Shown one piece after another: positions 9,094-18,188 of a stretch of 64,000 nt of DNA (position 1 is the first letter of the stretch; every line of letters starts with the position of its first letter). Origin of the DNA: an uncultured Actinomycetes bacterium (GTDB taxonomy: Bacteria > Actinomycetota > Acidimicrobiia > Acidimicrobiales > JACCXE01); contig OY970363.1 of NCBI GenBank assembly GCA_963718605.1, positions 834,257-898,256 of the forward strand. Reading direction: 5' to 3'. Made by a program: the position numbers and the translations under genes. The notes under the pieces are model-generated. The model saw nothing but the letters and a program-made list of their open reading frames with translations, was not told where the DNA came from and searched no databases.

Positions 9094-10260
9094 GTGCAGT
9101 CGATCGTGATCGTCGGAACCGGCGCGGCCGGATATGCAGTAGCGGAGGGGCTTCACTCGGCGGGCTTCGAAGGCGCCGTGACGTTGGTCGGCGAAGAACG
9201 TGATGAGCCTTACGACCGCCCGCCGTTGTCGAAGGAAGTGCTGAGCGGCGCGTGGGATCGCGACCGCGCTGCGCTGATCGGAGCCAAGCGCGCCGCGCCG
9301 CTCAACCCGCGCCTGATCACCGGTGTCCAGGCGACGTCGCTCGACGTCGAGGGGCATCACGTCGAACTCAACAACGGTGAGACGCTGAGCTACGACGCCG
9401 TCGTAATCGCGACCGGTGTCACGCCCAGGCGCTTGGAGCATCCGGACAGTCCCAACATCCGCGTCCTGCGCACCATGGAGGACTCGCTCGCGCTGCGCGC
9501 GCTACTCGCAGGCAACCCGAGGCTGCTCGTGGTCGGGGGCGGCTTCCTCGGCCTCGAGGTCGCCGCCACCGCTCGCGGCCTAGGCGCCACGGTCACGGTC
9601 GTCGAGCCGATACCCGGGCCGCCGCTCGCGTCGCGCATCGGCACCGAAGCCGCGAAGAAACTGCAATCCGTCCACGCCGAACACGGCGTCGACATCCACA
9701 CCGGCCTGGGCGTCGCGGGTCTCGAAGCGGAGGCGGGCGGCGGCCTGGTGCGCGCCGCACTCAGCGACGGCACCACGGTCGACGCCGACGTAGTGCTCAT
9801 CGCCGTCGGAAGCGTGCCAACCACGCAGTGGCTTGAAGGCAGCGGACTCGAGTTGGCCAACGGCGTGGTCTGCGACGAGTTCTGCTCGGCTGGCAACGAC
9901 GTGTGGGCCGCCGGCGACGTCGCGTCATGGCTGCACGTCGGCTACGACCGACGGCTCCGGCTGGAGCACAGGACCAATGCGCAGGAGCAAGGCCTGGCGG
10001 TCGGCCGCAACATCGTCGGCCCCCCGACGCCGTTCACGCCTGTCCCCTACTTCTGGACAAACCAGTACGACGTACGCATCCAGGTGCACGGCCAAATAGT
10101 GGACATCGACAACAACACGGTGATCGAAGGCGACCCGGCAGACGCCTCCTTCGTGCAGACGTTTTCCGATAGCGGACAGGTAACGGCCGCCCTCGGCTGG
10201 AACGCGGCCCGGCTGATGGCCGCGCACCGCAAGCAACTTCTCGACGCAATGCCGGCCTGA
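9094..10260 (+). CDS. FAD-dependent pyridine nucleotide-disulfide oxidoreductase (ferredoxin reductase-like)
   Basis: 388 aa. Dinucleotide folds IVIVGTGAAGYA and LLVVGGGFLGLEVA, plus a PYDRPPLSKE motif. GTG start. Confidence 0.85.
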   Translation: MQSIVIVGTGAAGYAVAEGLHSAGFEGAVTLVGEERDEPYDRPPLSKEVLSGAWDRDRAALIGAKRAAPLNPRLITGVQATSLDVEGHHVELNNGETLSYDAVVIATGVTPRRLEHPDSPNIRVLRTMEDSLALRALLAGNPRLLVVGGGFLGLEVAATARGLGATVTVVEPIPGPPLASRIGTEAAKKLQSVHAEHGVDIHTGLGVAGLEAEAGGGLVRAALSDGTTVDADVVLIAVGSVPTTQWLEGSGLELANGVVCDEFCSAGNDVWAAGDVASWLHVGYDRRLRLEHRTNAQEQGLAVGRNIVGPPTPFTPVPYFWTNQYDVRIQVHGQIVDIDNNTVIEGDPADASFVQTFSDSGQVTAALGWNAARLMAAHRKQLLDAMPA

Positions 10261-10279
10261 CTCGGTCTACCGTCCGCTC

Positions 10280-11716
10280 ATGTCCGACAGCGTTGAGCGT
10301 GCACTCGAGGTCCTGCTTCACGCCGATCTCGAACCGATCGTCGAAATGGTGTTCCGGTCGTCGGGCGCGGATCGCTACGAGGCGCTCGCGGTCGACGGCA
10401 CGGTCGCGTTTCGTCGCGGCGACGGTGGCTTTAGCGTCGACGGTGTCACGGGACGCAATCCGCTGGCCGATCAGTCGATCGACCGTTTCGCCGGTATCGA
10501 CGCCGAGTTGGGCGGCCTGCATCCTCGTCGGACGCACAACAGCTACCCGCACGGCTACGAGCAGGTGGCGCAGTTGTTCGACCACCCGGCCGCACCCGAC
10601 CTGTGCGTGTTGCATACCGCCTCGCACTACTGGGGCGACCAGGGTGGCCACATCGGCGAGCACGGGTCGATCGACATCATCCAGGCGCGGGCGCCGTTCA
10701 TCATCGCGGGGGCCGGCGTAGCCCAACTCGGCATGGTCGATCGTGCGTGCCGGCTCGTCGACGTGGCGCCGACGATCGCCGCGCTGTTGGGTGTTGGTCC
10801 GATGGTCGGCGCCGACGGCGAAGCGCTCGAGGATGTGCTGGATGATTCGACCCGGCCCCGCCACGTCATCGGCCTTCTGTGGGACGGCACGAATCCGAAC
10901 GTGCTCTACGACTTGGCCGCGAACGGCGGCGCGCCGAACGTGGCTCGGTTGATGAGCCTGGGCACGTCATACAAGTACGGCGCGATGAGCAACCTGCCGA
11001 CGGTGACGCTCGCGAACCACACGTCGATCATCACGGGGGCCGCGCCCGGTCACCACGGCATCTTGCACAACGCGTGGTACGACCGCTCCCGCGGCGAACA
11101 GATCATCACGAACTCACCGGCGACCTGGGCCGGTGCCCGCGACTGGCTGTGGCCGAGCGTCGAGACGATCCACGAGACGGTGCAGCGGGCCAACCGCGAC
11201 GCGTTCACGGTGTCGATCAACGAACCCTGCGATCGCGGCGCGTCATGGTCGAGCTTCGACGACATGCGCAACGGCATCTACGAGCGGCCTGCGCTACCCG
11301 CGGATCTGCCGCACTCGACCGAACGGTTCGTGCGGCCGTTCAAGGATTACCGGTGGTCGTCGAAGGTCGACCACCTGGGCATGGAACATGCGGTGCGTAT
11401 CTGGTCGGGCGAGGGGCCGAAGCCGACCTTCATGTGGTGCAACTTCACCTTGACCGATGCCGCGTTCCACGAGGGTGGGCCGCACTCCGACATCGCGCGC
11501 GCGTCCATCGCCGACACGGACGCCCGCCTCGGGGCAATCCTCGACGCCGTCGAAGCCGCCGGCGCGCTCGATGACACCGCGTTCGTGCTCGTCGCCGACC
11601 ACGGGATGGAAGAAGCCGACACCACCTGCACGGGCGACTGGGACGTCGCCCTGCGCGATGCGGGCTTGACGTTCCGCGACGAGGCGTACGGATTCCTCTA
11701 CCTCGACGTCACTTAG
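10280..11716 (+). CDS. Alkaline-phosphatase-superfamily nucleotide pyrophosphatase/phosphodiesterase-like protein
   Basis: 478 aa. Core LLWDGTNPNV...LPTVTLANHTSIITGAAPGHHGILHNAWYD and C-terminal VLVADHGME, typical of type I phosphodiesterase/ENPP-like enzymes. Confidence 0.7.
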   Translation: MSDSVERALEVLLHADLEPIVEMVFRSSGADRYEALAVDGTVAFRRGDGGFSVDGVTGRNPLADQSIDRFAGIDAELGGLHPRRTHNSYPHGYEQVAQLFDHPAAPDLCVLHTASHYWGDQGGHIGEHGSIDIIQARAPFIIAGAGVAQLGMVDRACRLVDVAPTIAALLGVGPMVGADGEALEDVLDDSTRPRHVIGLLWDGTNPNVLYDLAANGGAPNVARLMSLGTSYKYGAMSNLPTVTLANHTSIITGAAPGHHGILHNAWYDRSRGEQIITNSPATWAGARDWLWPSVETIHETVQRANRDAFTVSINEPCDRGASWSSFDDMRNGIYERPALPADLPHSTERFVRPFKDYRWSSKVDHLGMEHAVRIWSGEGPKPTFMWCNFTLTDAAFHEGGPHSDIARASIADTDARLGAILDAVEAAGALDDTAFVLVADHGMEEADTTCTGDWDVALRDAGLTFRDEAYGFLYLDVT

Positions 11717-12416
11717 AAGCCCAGACCTCCGCGCCGACTTTCGTGATCGACAGCGGCGCCGCAATCGTTGTGGCTTTACGTTGCCAATCGTCGACGTTGA
11801 ACGCGTGGAGGTAGTCCGCGATCGCCGACTCGTCGGGTAACACGTACGCGATCAGTCGCCACGGATCAACCTCGACGTCACCGAAGACCTCGGCGACCAG
11901 GCCCGGTGCGTCCTCGGCGTCAAACGTGGTCGGGGTGGCCCAGTTCGGGTCAATGCCTTCCAGCTCGGGATCGTTGAAGCGGCTGGGCGACGACGCCACG
12001 AACACACCGCCGCGGCGCAGGACGCGCCACGCCTCGCGGATTGCGACGACGGGGTCGTCCAAAAAATAGAGGCAGTTGATCGCGGCGACCGCGTCGAGCG
12101 AGTCGTCCGCGAATGGCAGCGCGCACAGATCGGCGCGGCACGACGGACGATGGCCCTCGGCCAACATGTCCGGGTCACGATCGACGACGCACGTCGCGAC
12201 TCCGCGCTCCGCCAGCAGCGCGGCGATCGGACCACGACCGCCGCCTACTTCGGCGAACGTCGACGCGCCCGTCGCCAGGATGCGGTCCGCCAGACCGGGG
12301 TAAATGTCCTCGACGACCAGATAGTTCTCGTAGACGCGATGCCACGCCGATAGCCGCGCCTCGTCTGGGTGGACGTAGCTATGGGTGTTCGGGCTCGGCG
12401 CGCAACCTTCGGGCAT
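11709..12416 (-). CDS. Class I SAM-dependent methyltransferase
   Basis: Motif I FAEVGGGRGP and post-I/II motifs (VVDRD, INCLYFLDD, LRRGGVFV). I prefer ATG 12416, which overlaps the upstream stop by 1 nt (TAATG), over the track start 12434. Confidence 0.8.
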   Translation of the reverse strand: MPEGCAPSPNTHSYVHPDEARLSAWHRVYENYLVVEDIYPGLADRILATGASTFAEVGGGRGPIAALLAERGVATCVVDRDPDMLAEGHRPSCRADLCALPFADDSLDAVAAINCLYFLDDPVVAIREAWRVLRRGGVFVASSPSRFNDPELEGIDPNWATPTTFDAEDAPGLVAEVFGDVEVDPWRLIAYVLPDESAIADYLHAFNVDDWQRKATTIAAPLSITKVGAEVWASK

Positions 12417-13147
12417 TACGCCTGCCTTTCCCACACCGCGATCTGCCAGCGGCTGTCGCTCGTGAACGGATCGCGCTTCCAGGTGCCCCAGCGCTCGCGC
12501 AGCGTGAGGCCCGCGAGCTGGGCCATGAGGTCGAGCTCCGCCGGCCAGACGTAACGGTACGGCGCCGAGAACTTTTCGAGCTGACCCGCCACCTCGAACC
12601 AGTGATGCGAGTAGCTGATCTGCGTCGCGATGTCGAAATCCTCAAAACCAATGTGGGTCGGCGTCGCGTGAAAGACCCGGTACTTCTCACCCGCCGGCAC
12701 CCGCTGGAGCGCCGGAATGACCACTTCGACCACGAAGCATCCGCCCGGTTCGAGATGGGCGGCCACGTTGCGGAACGTTTCGACCTGCTCGGCCTGCGTC
12801 GTGACGTTCATGATGGTGTTGTAAACGAGATACGCGAGACGGAAGGATCGATCCAGCTTCGTGGTCGCGAAGTCGCCGATCGTCACGGCGATCGCGTCCG
12901 CTCCCGGCTTGGCTCGCAGTTGCGCGGCCATGTCCTCGGAGAGCTCGATGCCGTACACGCGCGCGCCGCGCTCGCTCAGCGGCAGCGCGACGCGCCCTGT
13001 GCCAATCGCAAGCTCCAGCACCTCGCCGTCGCCCGCGAGATCGGCCAGGAACTCCACCGCCGGATCGAGCACCTCGGGGCGGAACATCTCCGTGGACGTC
13101 GCGTCGTAGGTCTCCGCGATGCGGCCGGTGAAGGTGTTCTCGGGCAT
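12416..13147 (-). CDS. Class I SAM-dependent methyltransferase
   Basis: Motif I VLELAIGTGRVALPL, then YGIELSEDM. Start taken at the internal ATG (MPENTFTGRIAETYD); the track ORF starts 5 codons earlier (13162). Confidence 0.8.
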   Translation of the reverse strand: MPENTFTGRIAETYDATSTEMFRPEVLDPAVEFLADLAGDGEVLELAIGTGRVALPLSERGARVYGIELSEDMAAQLRAKPGADAIAVTIGDFATTKLDRSFRLAYLVYNTIMNVTTQAEQVETFRNVAAHLEPGGCFVVEVVIPALQRVPAGEKYRVFHATPTHIGFEDFDIATQISYSHHWFEVAGQLEKFSAPYRYVWPAELDLMAQLAGLTLRERWGTWKRDPFTSDSRWQIAVWERQA

Positions 13148-13194
13148 GCAGCAATCTCTCATCGCCAGCCAACAGTGGCGACGGATTTAACGCG

Positions 13195-14802
13195 TCAGAC
13201 GCGCGTGAGCTTGGCGAGTAGATCGGCTTCGGTTCCATCCCGCCGCGGAATAGCTATGCGCAGGCAAAGCATCCACGCGCCGACGCAGGCGACCATCCCG
13301 GCGAGGAACACCACGAGCTGCGCGGGGCTGTCGCTGGGTACGACGTACGCCGCGATGAGCAGTGGGGAGACGGTGAGCATCGTTCCGAAGACGACCGCAA
13401 GCGATGCGAGGCCGCCGGCAGAACCGCCGCCGGAGCCGCCGCTACCGAAGACGTTGCCGCGGCCGACGTCGGGCATCGGGAACGGAGCGCGCACGCTGGC
13501 AATCGCCGAGTACCCCGAGGCCACGCCGAGCACCGCGGCCATCAGTCCGAGGGCAGGAAGCGCGCCCGCCGGGCTACGCGTGAACACGACGAGTGCGGCA
13601 AGAAGCACAAGACCCATCGGCACGGTCACGAGCGCCCGCGCAAGCGTGCGCGCCAAGAGTTCGACGCGAGTGGGCACGGCGGCGACCACGTCAGTCCAGT
13701 ACCGATCACCGTCGAACCCGAAGAGGTTGGGGTTGGCGCCAGCTGTCAGCATCGGCAACGCCGCGAGCAGACACAGCCGGGGCCCCGCGCCCGCGGCGTC
13801 GTTCAGTCGCAGGAGTGGGAAGAGCGCTGGTGTCAGTAGGCCCAACAGAGCGGCGCGTCGACGCGGCTCGCGCCACGAGTAGCGCAACTCCTTGGCGACG
13901 ATGCCGCCGAGCGCGTTCTTGGGCAACCCGCGCACTGCGCGCGGGAACAGCGCGGTCCGCACGCCTCGCTTCGGGCCGCCTCCCGTCGCCGGGTTCGTTG
14001 TCGCCGCTTGAATCGCGCGCCACCACAACACGACGGTCACACCGATCAACGCCGCGGTCGCTACGACCCCGAGCAGCGGAGCAACGAACGAACTGCTCTG
14101 CGCGCCATGAATTGCCTGCGCTCCCCATCCGGTGGGAAGCCACCGCGCGATGCGGCGGAGGGCGATCAGGAACGCCGATTGCGGATCGGTCGAGAACTGT
14201 CCCGAGTCGTCGGTGAAGCGTCGGTTCAACAACTGGACGCCGCCGTTGATGACCAACGCGAGCAGCGGGCCGACGAAGAGCGCTACATCACGCCAACGTC
14301 GCTTGCTGGTGGCCGCCGACAGCGTGGTGCTGACGAGCCGGCTCAGCGCCATGAAGAACAAGAACTCGAGCGCGACTACAAGCGCGACGGGCACGGCGCC
14401 GAGACCCGTTGGCGTCGTGCCGACGAAGACCCCGAGCAGCACGAGCGCGGTGAATAGCCCGCCCGGGCCGACCGCAGCCGACAACAGCAGTCCGGGCATG
14501 AGTTGCCGGCCGGTCAACGGAAAGAGCGACAGGCGGTCGATGTCGAGCGTGTTGTCGGATGCGAGGGCGAGCAGCGGCGCGACCACCCACCCGAGCAACA
14601 GCACAAAGAACACGAAGGCGGCGACGTCGGACGACGTGGCGTCGTCGGTCGATCGCAACGCGATGAGCCCGAGGAAGGTGGTGCCGCCGAAAAACAGCGC
14701 CACCAACAGCGATGCAACCAATCCGACGGCGGACCGCCACCCACCGCGCCTGAGCCCGCCGCTGAGCAGCGCCAGCTTCAGGGAGACGAGGTGTCCAACC
14801 AT
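13195..14802 (-). CDS. ABC-2-type transporter permease (polytopic membrane protein)
   Basis: About 535 aa from ATG 14802 (MVGHLVSLKLALLSGGLRRGGW...) with many hydrophobic spans. It overlaps the upstream ATPase gene end. The 635-aa track ORF over-extends antisense-style into the ATPase gene. Confidence 0.7.
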   Translation of the reverse strand: MVGHLVSLKLALLSGGLRRGGWRSAVGLVASLLVALFFGGTTFLGLIALRSTDDATSSDVAAFVFFVLLLGWVVAPLLALASDNTLDIDRLSLFPLTGRQLMPGLLLSAAVGPGGLFTALVLLGVFVGTTPTGLGAVPVALVVALEFLFFMALSRLVSTTLSAATSKRRWRDVALFVGPLLALVINGGVQLLNRRFTDDSGQFSTDPQSAFLIALRRIARWLPTGWGAQAIHGAQSSSFVAPLLGVVATAALIGVTVVLWWRAIQAATTNPATGGGPKRGVRTALFPRAVRGLPKNALGGIVAKELRYSWREPRRRAALLGLLTPALFPLLRLNDAAGAGPRLCLLAALPMLTAGANPNLFGFDGDRYWTDVVAAVPTRVELLARTLARALVTVPMGLVLLAALVVFTRSPAGALPALGLMAAVLGVASGYSAIASVRAPFPMPDVGRGNVFGSGGSGGGSAGGLASLAVVFGTMLTVSPLLIAAYVVPSDSPAQLVVFLAGMVACVGAWMLCLRIAIPRRDGTEADLLAKLTRV

Positions 14803-15539
14803 GCCAACGCTGTCGTGTCGTCGGGCGCGGCCCCGACCAGTTCGAAGAACACGTCCTCGAGTCGCTTGCCGCCGAGCAGCTTGTCGGTGGGGCCCGACGC
14901 CACCAGTCGTCCCGCGCTGATCACGCCGATGTGATCGCAGATGCGTTCCACGGTCTCCATCACGTGGCTGCTGAAGACGACCGTGCCCCCGGTCTCGGTG
15001 TAGCGCTCGAGCACGTTGCGAATCGTGCGCGACGAGATGGGGTCCACCGATTCGAACGGCTCGTCGAGAAACACGACGCGCGGCGCGTGCAACAGCGCAC
15101 ACGCGAGCGCGATCTTCTTGCGCATGCCTTGGCTGAAGTCGATGACAAACGTGGCCCGGTCGTCGGCCAGCCCCAGAACCTCGAGGAGTTCATCGGAGCG
15201 CTGCTGGGTCGTCGCCGGGTCCATGCCGCGCAACAGCCCGTTGTAGCTCAGTAACTCGTCGGCCGATAACCGATCGAACAAGCGCAGGTCTTCGGTGAGC
15301 ACACCGATACGCGCCTTGGCCGCGACCGGCTCGGACCACACGTCGTGGTCACACACCTCGACAGTCCCGGCGTCGGGCCGCAACAGACCCGTCGCCATTT
15401 TTAGTGTCGTGCTCTTGCCCGCGCCGTTGGGACCGACCAGTCCGAAGAACGACCCTGTCGGCACATCGAGGCTCAAGTCGTTGACGGCCTTCTTGTCTTC
15501 GAACGACTTGGAGAGACCGCGCAACGAAACCGCGGGCAT
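14778..15539 (-). CDS. ABC transporter ATP-binding protein
   Basis: Walker A GLVGPNGAGKSTT, signature FSQGMRKK, Walker B VVFLDEPFESVD. Start placed at MPAVSLRGLSKSF (15539); upstream in-frame starts up to 15632 are possible. Confidence 0.9.
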   Translation of the reverse strand: MPAVSLRGLSKSFEDKKAVNDLSLDVPTGSFFGLVGPNGAGKSTTLKMATGLLRPDAGTVEVCDHDVWSEPVAAKARIGVLTEDLRLFDRLSADELLSYNGLLRGMDPATTQQRSDELLEVLGLADDRATFVIDFSQGMRKKIALACALLHAPRVVFLDEPFESVDPISSRTIRNVLERYTETGGTVVFSSHVMETVERICDHIGVISAGRLVASGPTDKLLGGKRLEDVFFELVGAAPDDTTALAWLDTSSP

Positions 15540-15788
15540 TGCCGCCGCCTTCGGCCTGCGGCCCGACGCGCGCAGCGGCGTCGTCCGCCGAGCGCGCTCG
15601 TCCATCACCCCGCCGACTCTACGATCCGCCACGTTGCCCTATCGGCGGGTACCAACTCGAACTCAGTGTCGGCCCGGCAGCCAGGCGGCGTGAACGAAGT
15701 CACCTATTCGTACGTTTGGCGTTTCGAGAGCCTCGGCGTCGTTTACGTCCGAAAGCTACGCTCTGCCCAGAACAAGGGGGTACCAACG

Positions 15789-17572
15789 GTGCGAAACTTG
15801 ACACGTTGTGCGTGCGTGCTGGCGCTGATCGCCTGCGGGGCATTCGGGCTAGGGCCAAGCCGGGCCGAGGCGAACCCGCCGGCGCCGCGGTGCCCGCAGT
15901 CACCGATCGTCGGGCCGGTCCTCTCAGGACTCGGGCTCTGCAAGCGAGCAGCCGACCTGGCGATCGTCAGCACCATTGCGCCCGCCACCGCCCTGGTCGG
16001 GGACTCGATCACCTACACAGTTACCGCGGCGAACAACGGGCCCAATCACACGGACGCCACGCTGGACGTAACGCTCCCGTCCGACGCGCGCGCGTCCTCA
16101 CCGCGCCCTCGTCGTGCGTAACGAGTTCAGGCGGAACGGCGGTGGTGGTCGCATGCTCCCTCGGACGGATCAAGGACGGAGACAGCGCGACCCGCACGCT
16201 GAGTGTCAAGTACGCGACCCGTGGCGCGAAGCAAGCTCTGTTCGCGGTCGCGGGTGAACTTACGGATCCCAACTCCAATAACAACCAGGCTGCCGCCACG
16301 ACGAGCGTTGACCCCATCCCTTGTCATCCGGCGTCGACGTTGTCGCGGGTGACGGGTCCTGGGGTTGAGGACCAGCCCAGTGTGGGCGGTGCGTTCACGA
16401 TCCAGGCTGTCGATGCGCAAGGCGCCAACGTGACGTGTGGCGGTACGCCCTTCAGCGCCTCGGTGTTCCACGGCTACACGACGTCTATTCCCTTGACCGA
16501 CAACGGCGACGGCACCTATAGCGGCCGCTACAACAACGGATACGCCGGCGAGTACACCGTGTCGATCCTGGTCAACGGCGCGCCCATCGCCGGAAGCCCG
16601 TTCGTCATCACCCGGCCCGGCGTTGCCGCGAGCAAAACGCGGGCCTACGGCCCCGGTCTCGAAGGCGGCGCCGTCGGCACCGTCGCCGAGTTCTTCGTTG
16701 AGCTGAACCAAATAGACGGACAGCGCTACACCGAACCCGACGCACCGATCGGCGTCGACATCACGGACCCCAACGGCAACATCGTCCCCGTCGAAAAAAG
16801 CACCGTCGAACCCGGACGCCTCCGCTACACCTACCAACCCCAACTCGTCGGCACTTACCAAGTCGACGTAGTAGTCCGCAACACCCAAGACCCCAACCAA
16901 TCCCAACCCGTCCCCGGCTCCCCCTTCTCCGTACCAATCCAATGTCCGGCGTCGACGTTGTCGCGGGTGACGGGTCCTGGGGTTGAGGACCAGCCCAGTG
17001 TGGGCGGTGCGTTCACGATCCAGGCTGTCGATGCGCAAGGCGCCAACGTGACGTGTGGCGGTACGCCCTTCAGCGCCTCGGTGTTCCACGGCTACACGAC
17101 GTCTATTCCCTTGACCGACAACGGCGACGGCACCTATAGCGGCCGCTACAACAACGGATACGCCGGCGAGTACACCGTGTCGATCCTGGTCAACGGCGCG
17201 CCCATCGCCGGAAGCCCGTTCGTCATCACCCGGCCCGGCGTTGCCGCGAGCAAAACGCGGGCCTACGGCCCCGGTCTCGAAGGCGGCGCCGTCGGCACCG
17301 TCGCCGAGTTCTTCGTTGAGCTGAACCAAATAGACGGACAGCGCTACACCGAACCCGACGCACCGATCGGCGTCGACATCACGGACCCCAACGGCAACAT
17401 CGTCCCCGTCGAAAAAAGCACCGTCGAACCCGGACGCCTCCGCTACACCTACCAACCCCAACTCGTCGGCACTTACCAAGTCGACGTAGTAGTCCGCAAC
17501 ACCCAAGACCCCAACCAATCCCAACCCGTCCCCGGCTCCCCCTTCTCCGTACCAATCGCATCGGCGCCGTAG
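15789..17572 (+). pseudogene. Secreted DUF11-domain + four filamin/ABP280-type Ig repeat protein, split by a frameshift at a (CG)5 run
   Basis: GTG 15789 is preceded by AAGGGGG. Signal peptide VRNLTRCACVLALIACGAFGLGPSRAEA. The DUF11-like domain (LAIVSTIAPATALVGDSITYTVTAANNGPNHTDATLDVTLPSD...) continues in another frame after 16085..16094 (...VLTAPSSCVTSSGGTAVVVACSLGRIKDGDSATRTLSV...DPNSNNN). Four repeats then follow, each ending in the filamin hallmark GSPF. Confidence 0.7.
16328..17557 (+). repeat. Tandem direct duplication, period 618 bp (206 codons), two copies
   Basis: 16328..16939 recurs at 16946..17557. I found no mismatch by line-by-line comparison, and the ORF-track translation is identical over both copies. 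Each unit encodes two filamin-type repeats. Confidence 0.9.
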
Positions 17573-17604
17573 TCACGTCGGTAGCGCCGTAGCGCTCCGC
17601 GGAC

Positions 17605-17656
17605 GCGAAGAAGCGCCACCCGAAGGCGGGGCTTCCCCTTACAAGCTCGACTGCTT
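17605..17656. repeat. Copy A of a 52-nt 3'-flank/terminator-like module (degenerate hairpin)
   Basis: gcgaagaagcgccacccgaaggcggggcttccccttacaagctcgactgctt matches 18189..18240 at 47/52 positions. It abuts the stop codon of the 17656..18129 gene. Confidence 0.8.
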
Positions 17657-18129
17657 TACAGGACGGTGCAGGTGCCGGCGACGTCCCACGAGGCGGACTG
17701 ATCCTCCGGCAAAGTTAAGCTCGGCCCGTCGGCCCCGTAACACCTCAGAACGTGCCCGTCGGTGAAACTTGCTCTGTAGAGCGCGGCGTCAGCGAACGCC
17801 AACGAGTAGCTGCGCAGCGTCTTCGGGTACGTCCAAGCGTTCTTGTCCAAGCCCGTCGCCGGCATGCGGGTGCAGTCGAGCACCCGGGTAATGAAGTCGC
17901 CGTCGCATTGGTACGTGGCCACGGCCGCGACTTGCTTTTGGTAGGTACTGAACTGGATGGTGGCGTGGAGCTCATTACTACTGACCCCTCCGGGGCCGCC
18001 GCCGGCGGCGACGTATCGCGTCCCCTTGAAAGGGCCCACCCAGTCGCGGTCGGCGGCCGCCGCCGGGCCGACGTGCACAGGAATCAACGCAACGACCACA
18101 GCCACGACCAACAAACAAGCGCGACGCAT
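17656..18129 (-). CDS. Hypothetical secreted Cys-containing protein
   Basis: 157 aa. Signal peptide [35 protein letters not shown] 5 nt upstream of the ATG. No family recognised. Confidence 0.6.
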   Translation of the reverse strand: MRRACLLVVAVVVALIPVHVGPAAAADRDWVGPFKGTRYVAAGGGPGGVSSNELHATIQFSTYQKQVAAVATYQCDGDFITRVLDCTRMPATGLDKNAWTYPKTLRSYSLAFADAALYRASFTDGHVLRCYGADGPSLTLPEDQSASWDVAGTCTVL

Positions 18130-18188
18130 AGCAACCTCCCCAGCACGCCTGCCCAGCGCAGGCGTTGCTCGGTGAAGCGTAGACAGGC

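Noticed and set aside
8113-9441. 442-aa minus-strand ORF over the APH pseudogene and the start of the ferredoxin reductase gene
   Set aside because: It is antisense to plus-strand genes with clear motifs. The translation is Arg-rich and featureless.
12113-13882. 589-aa plus-strand ORF spanning the methyltransferase and ABC permease region
   Set aside because: It is antisense to two well-supported minus-strand genes. Its Arg/Pro/Ala/Ser-rich composition shows no domains. High-GC artefact.
16127-17524. 465-aa minus-strand ORF that also shows an internal duplication
   Set aside because: Its internal repeat merely mirrors the 618-bp duplication of the plus-strand filamin-repeat gene. The plus-strand frame has the clear domain signatures (GSPF, DGTY), and the antisense frame has none.
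16328-17557. The 618-bp repeat as an IS element or CRISPR-like array
   Set aside because: There are only two long units. They are in frame within one coding sequence and encode protein domains, with no terminal inverted repeats and no spacers.
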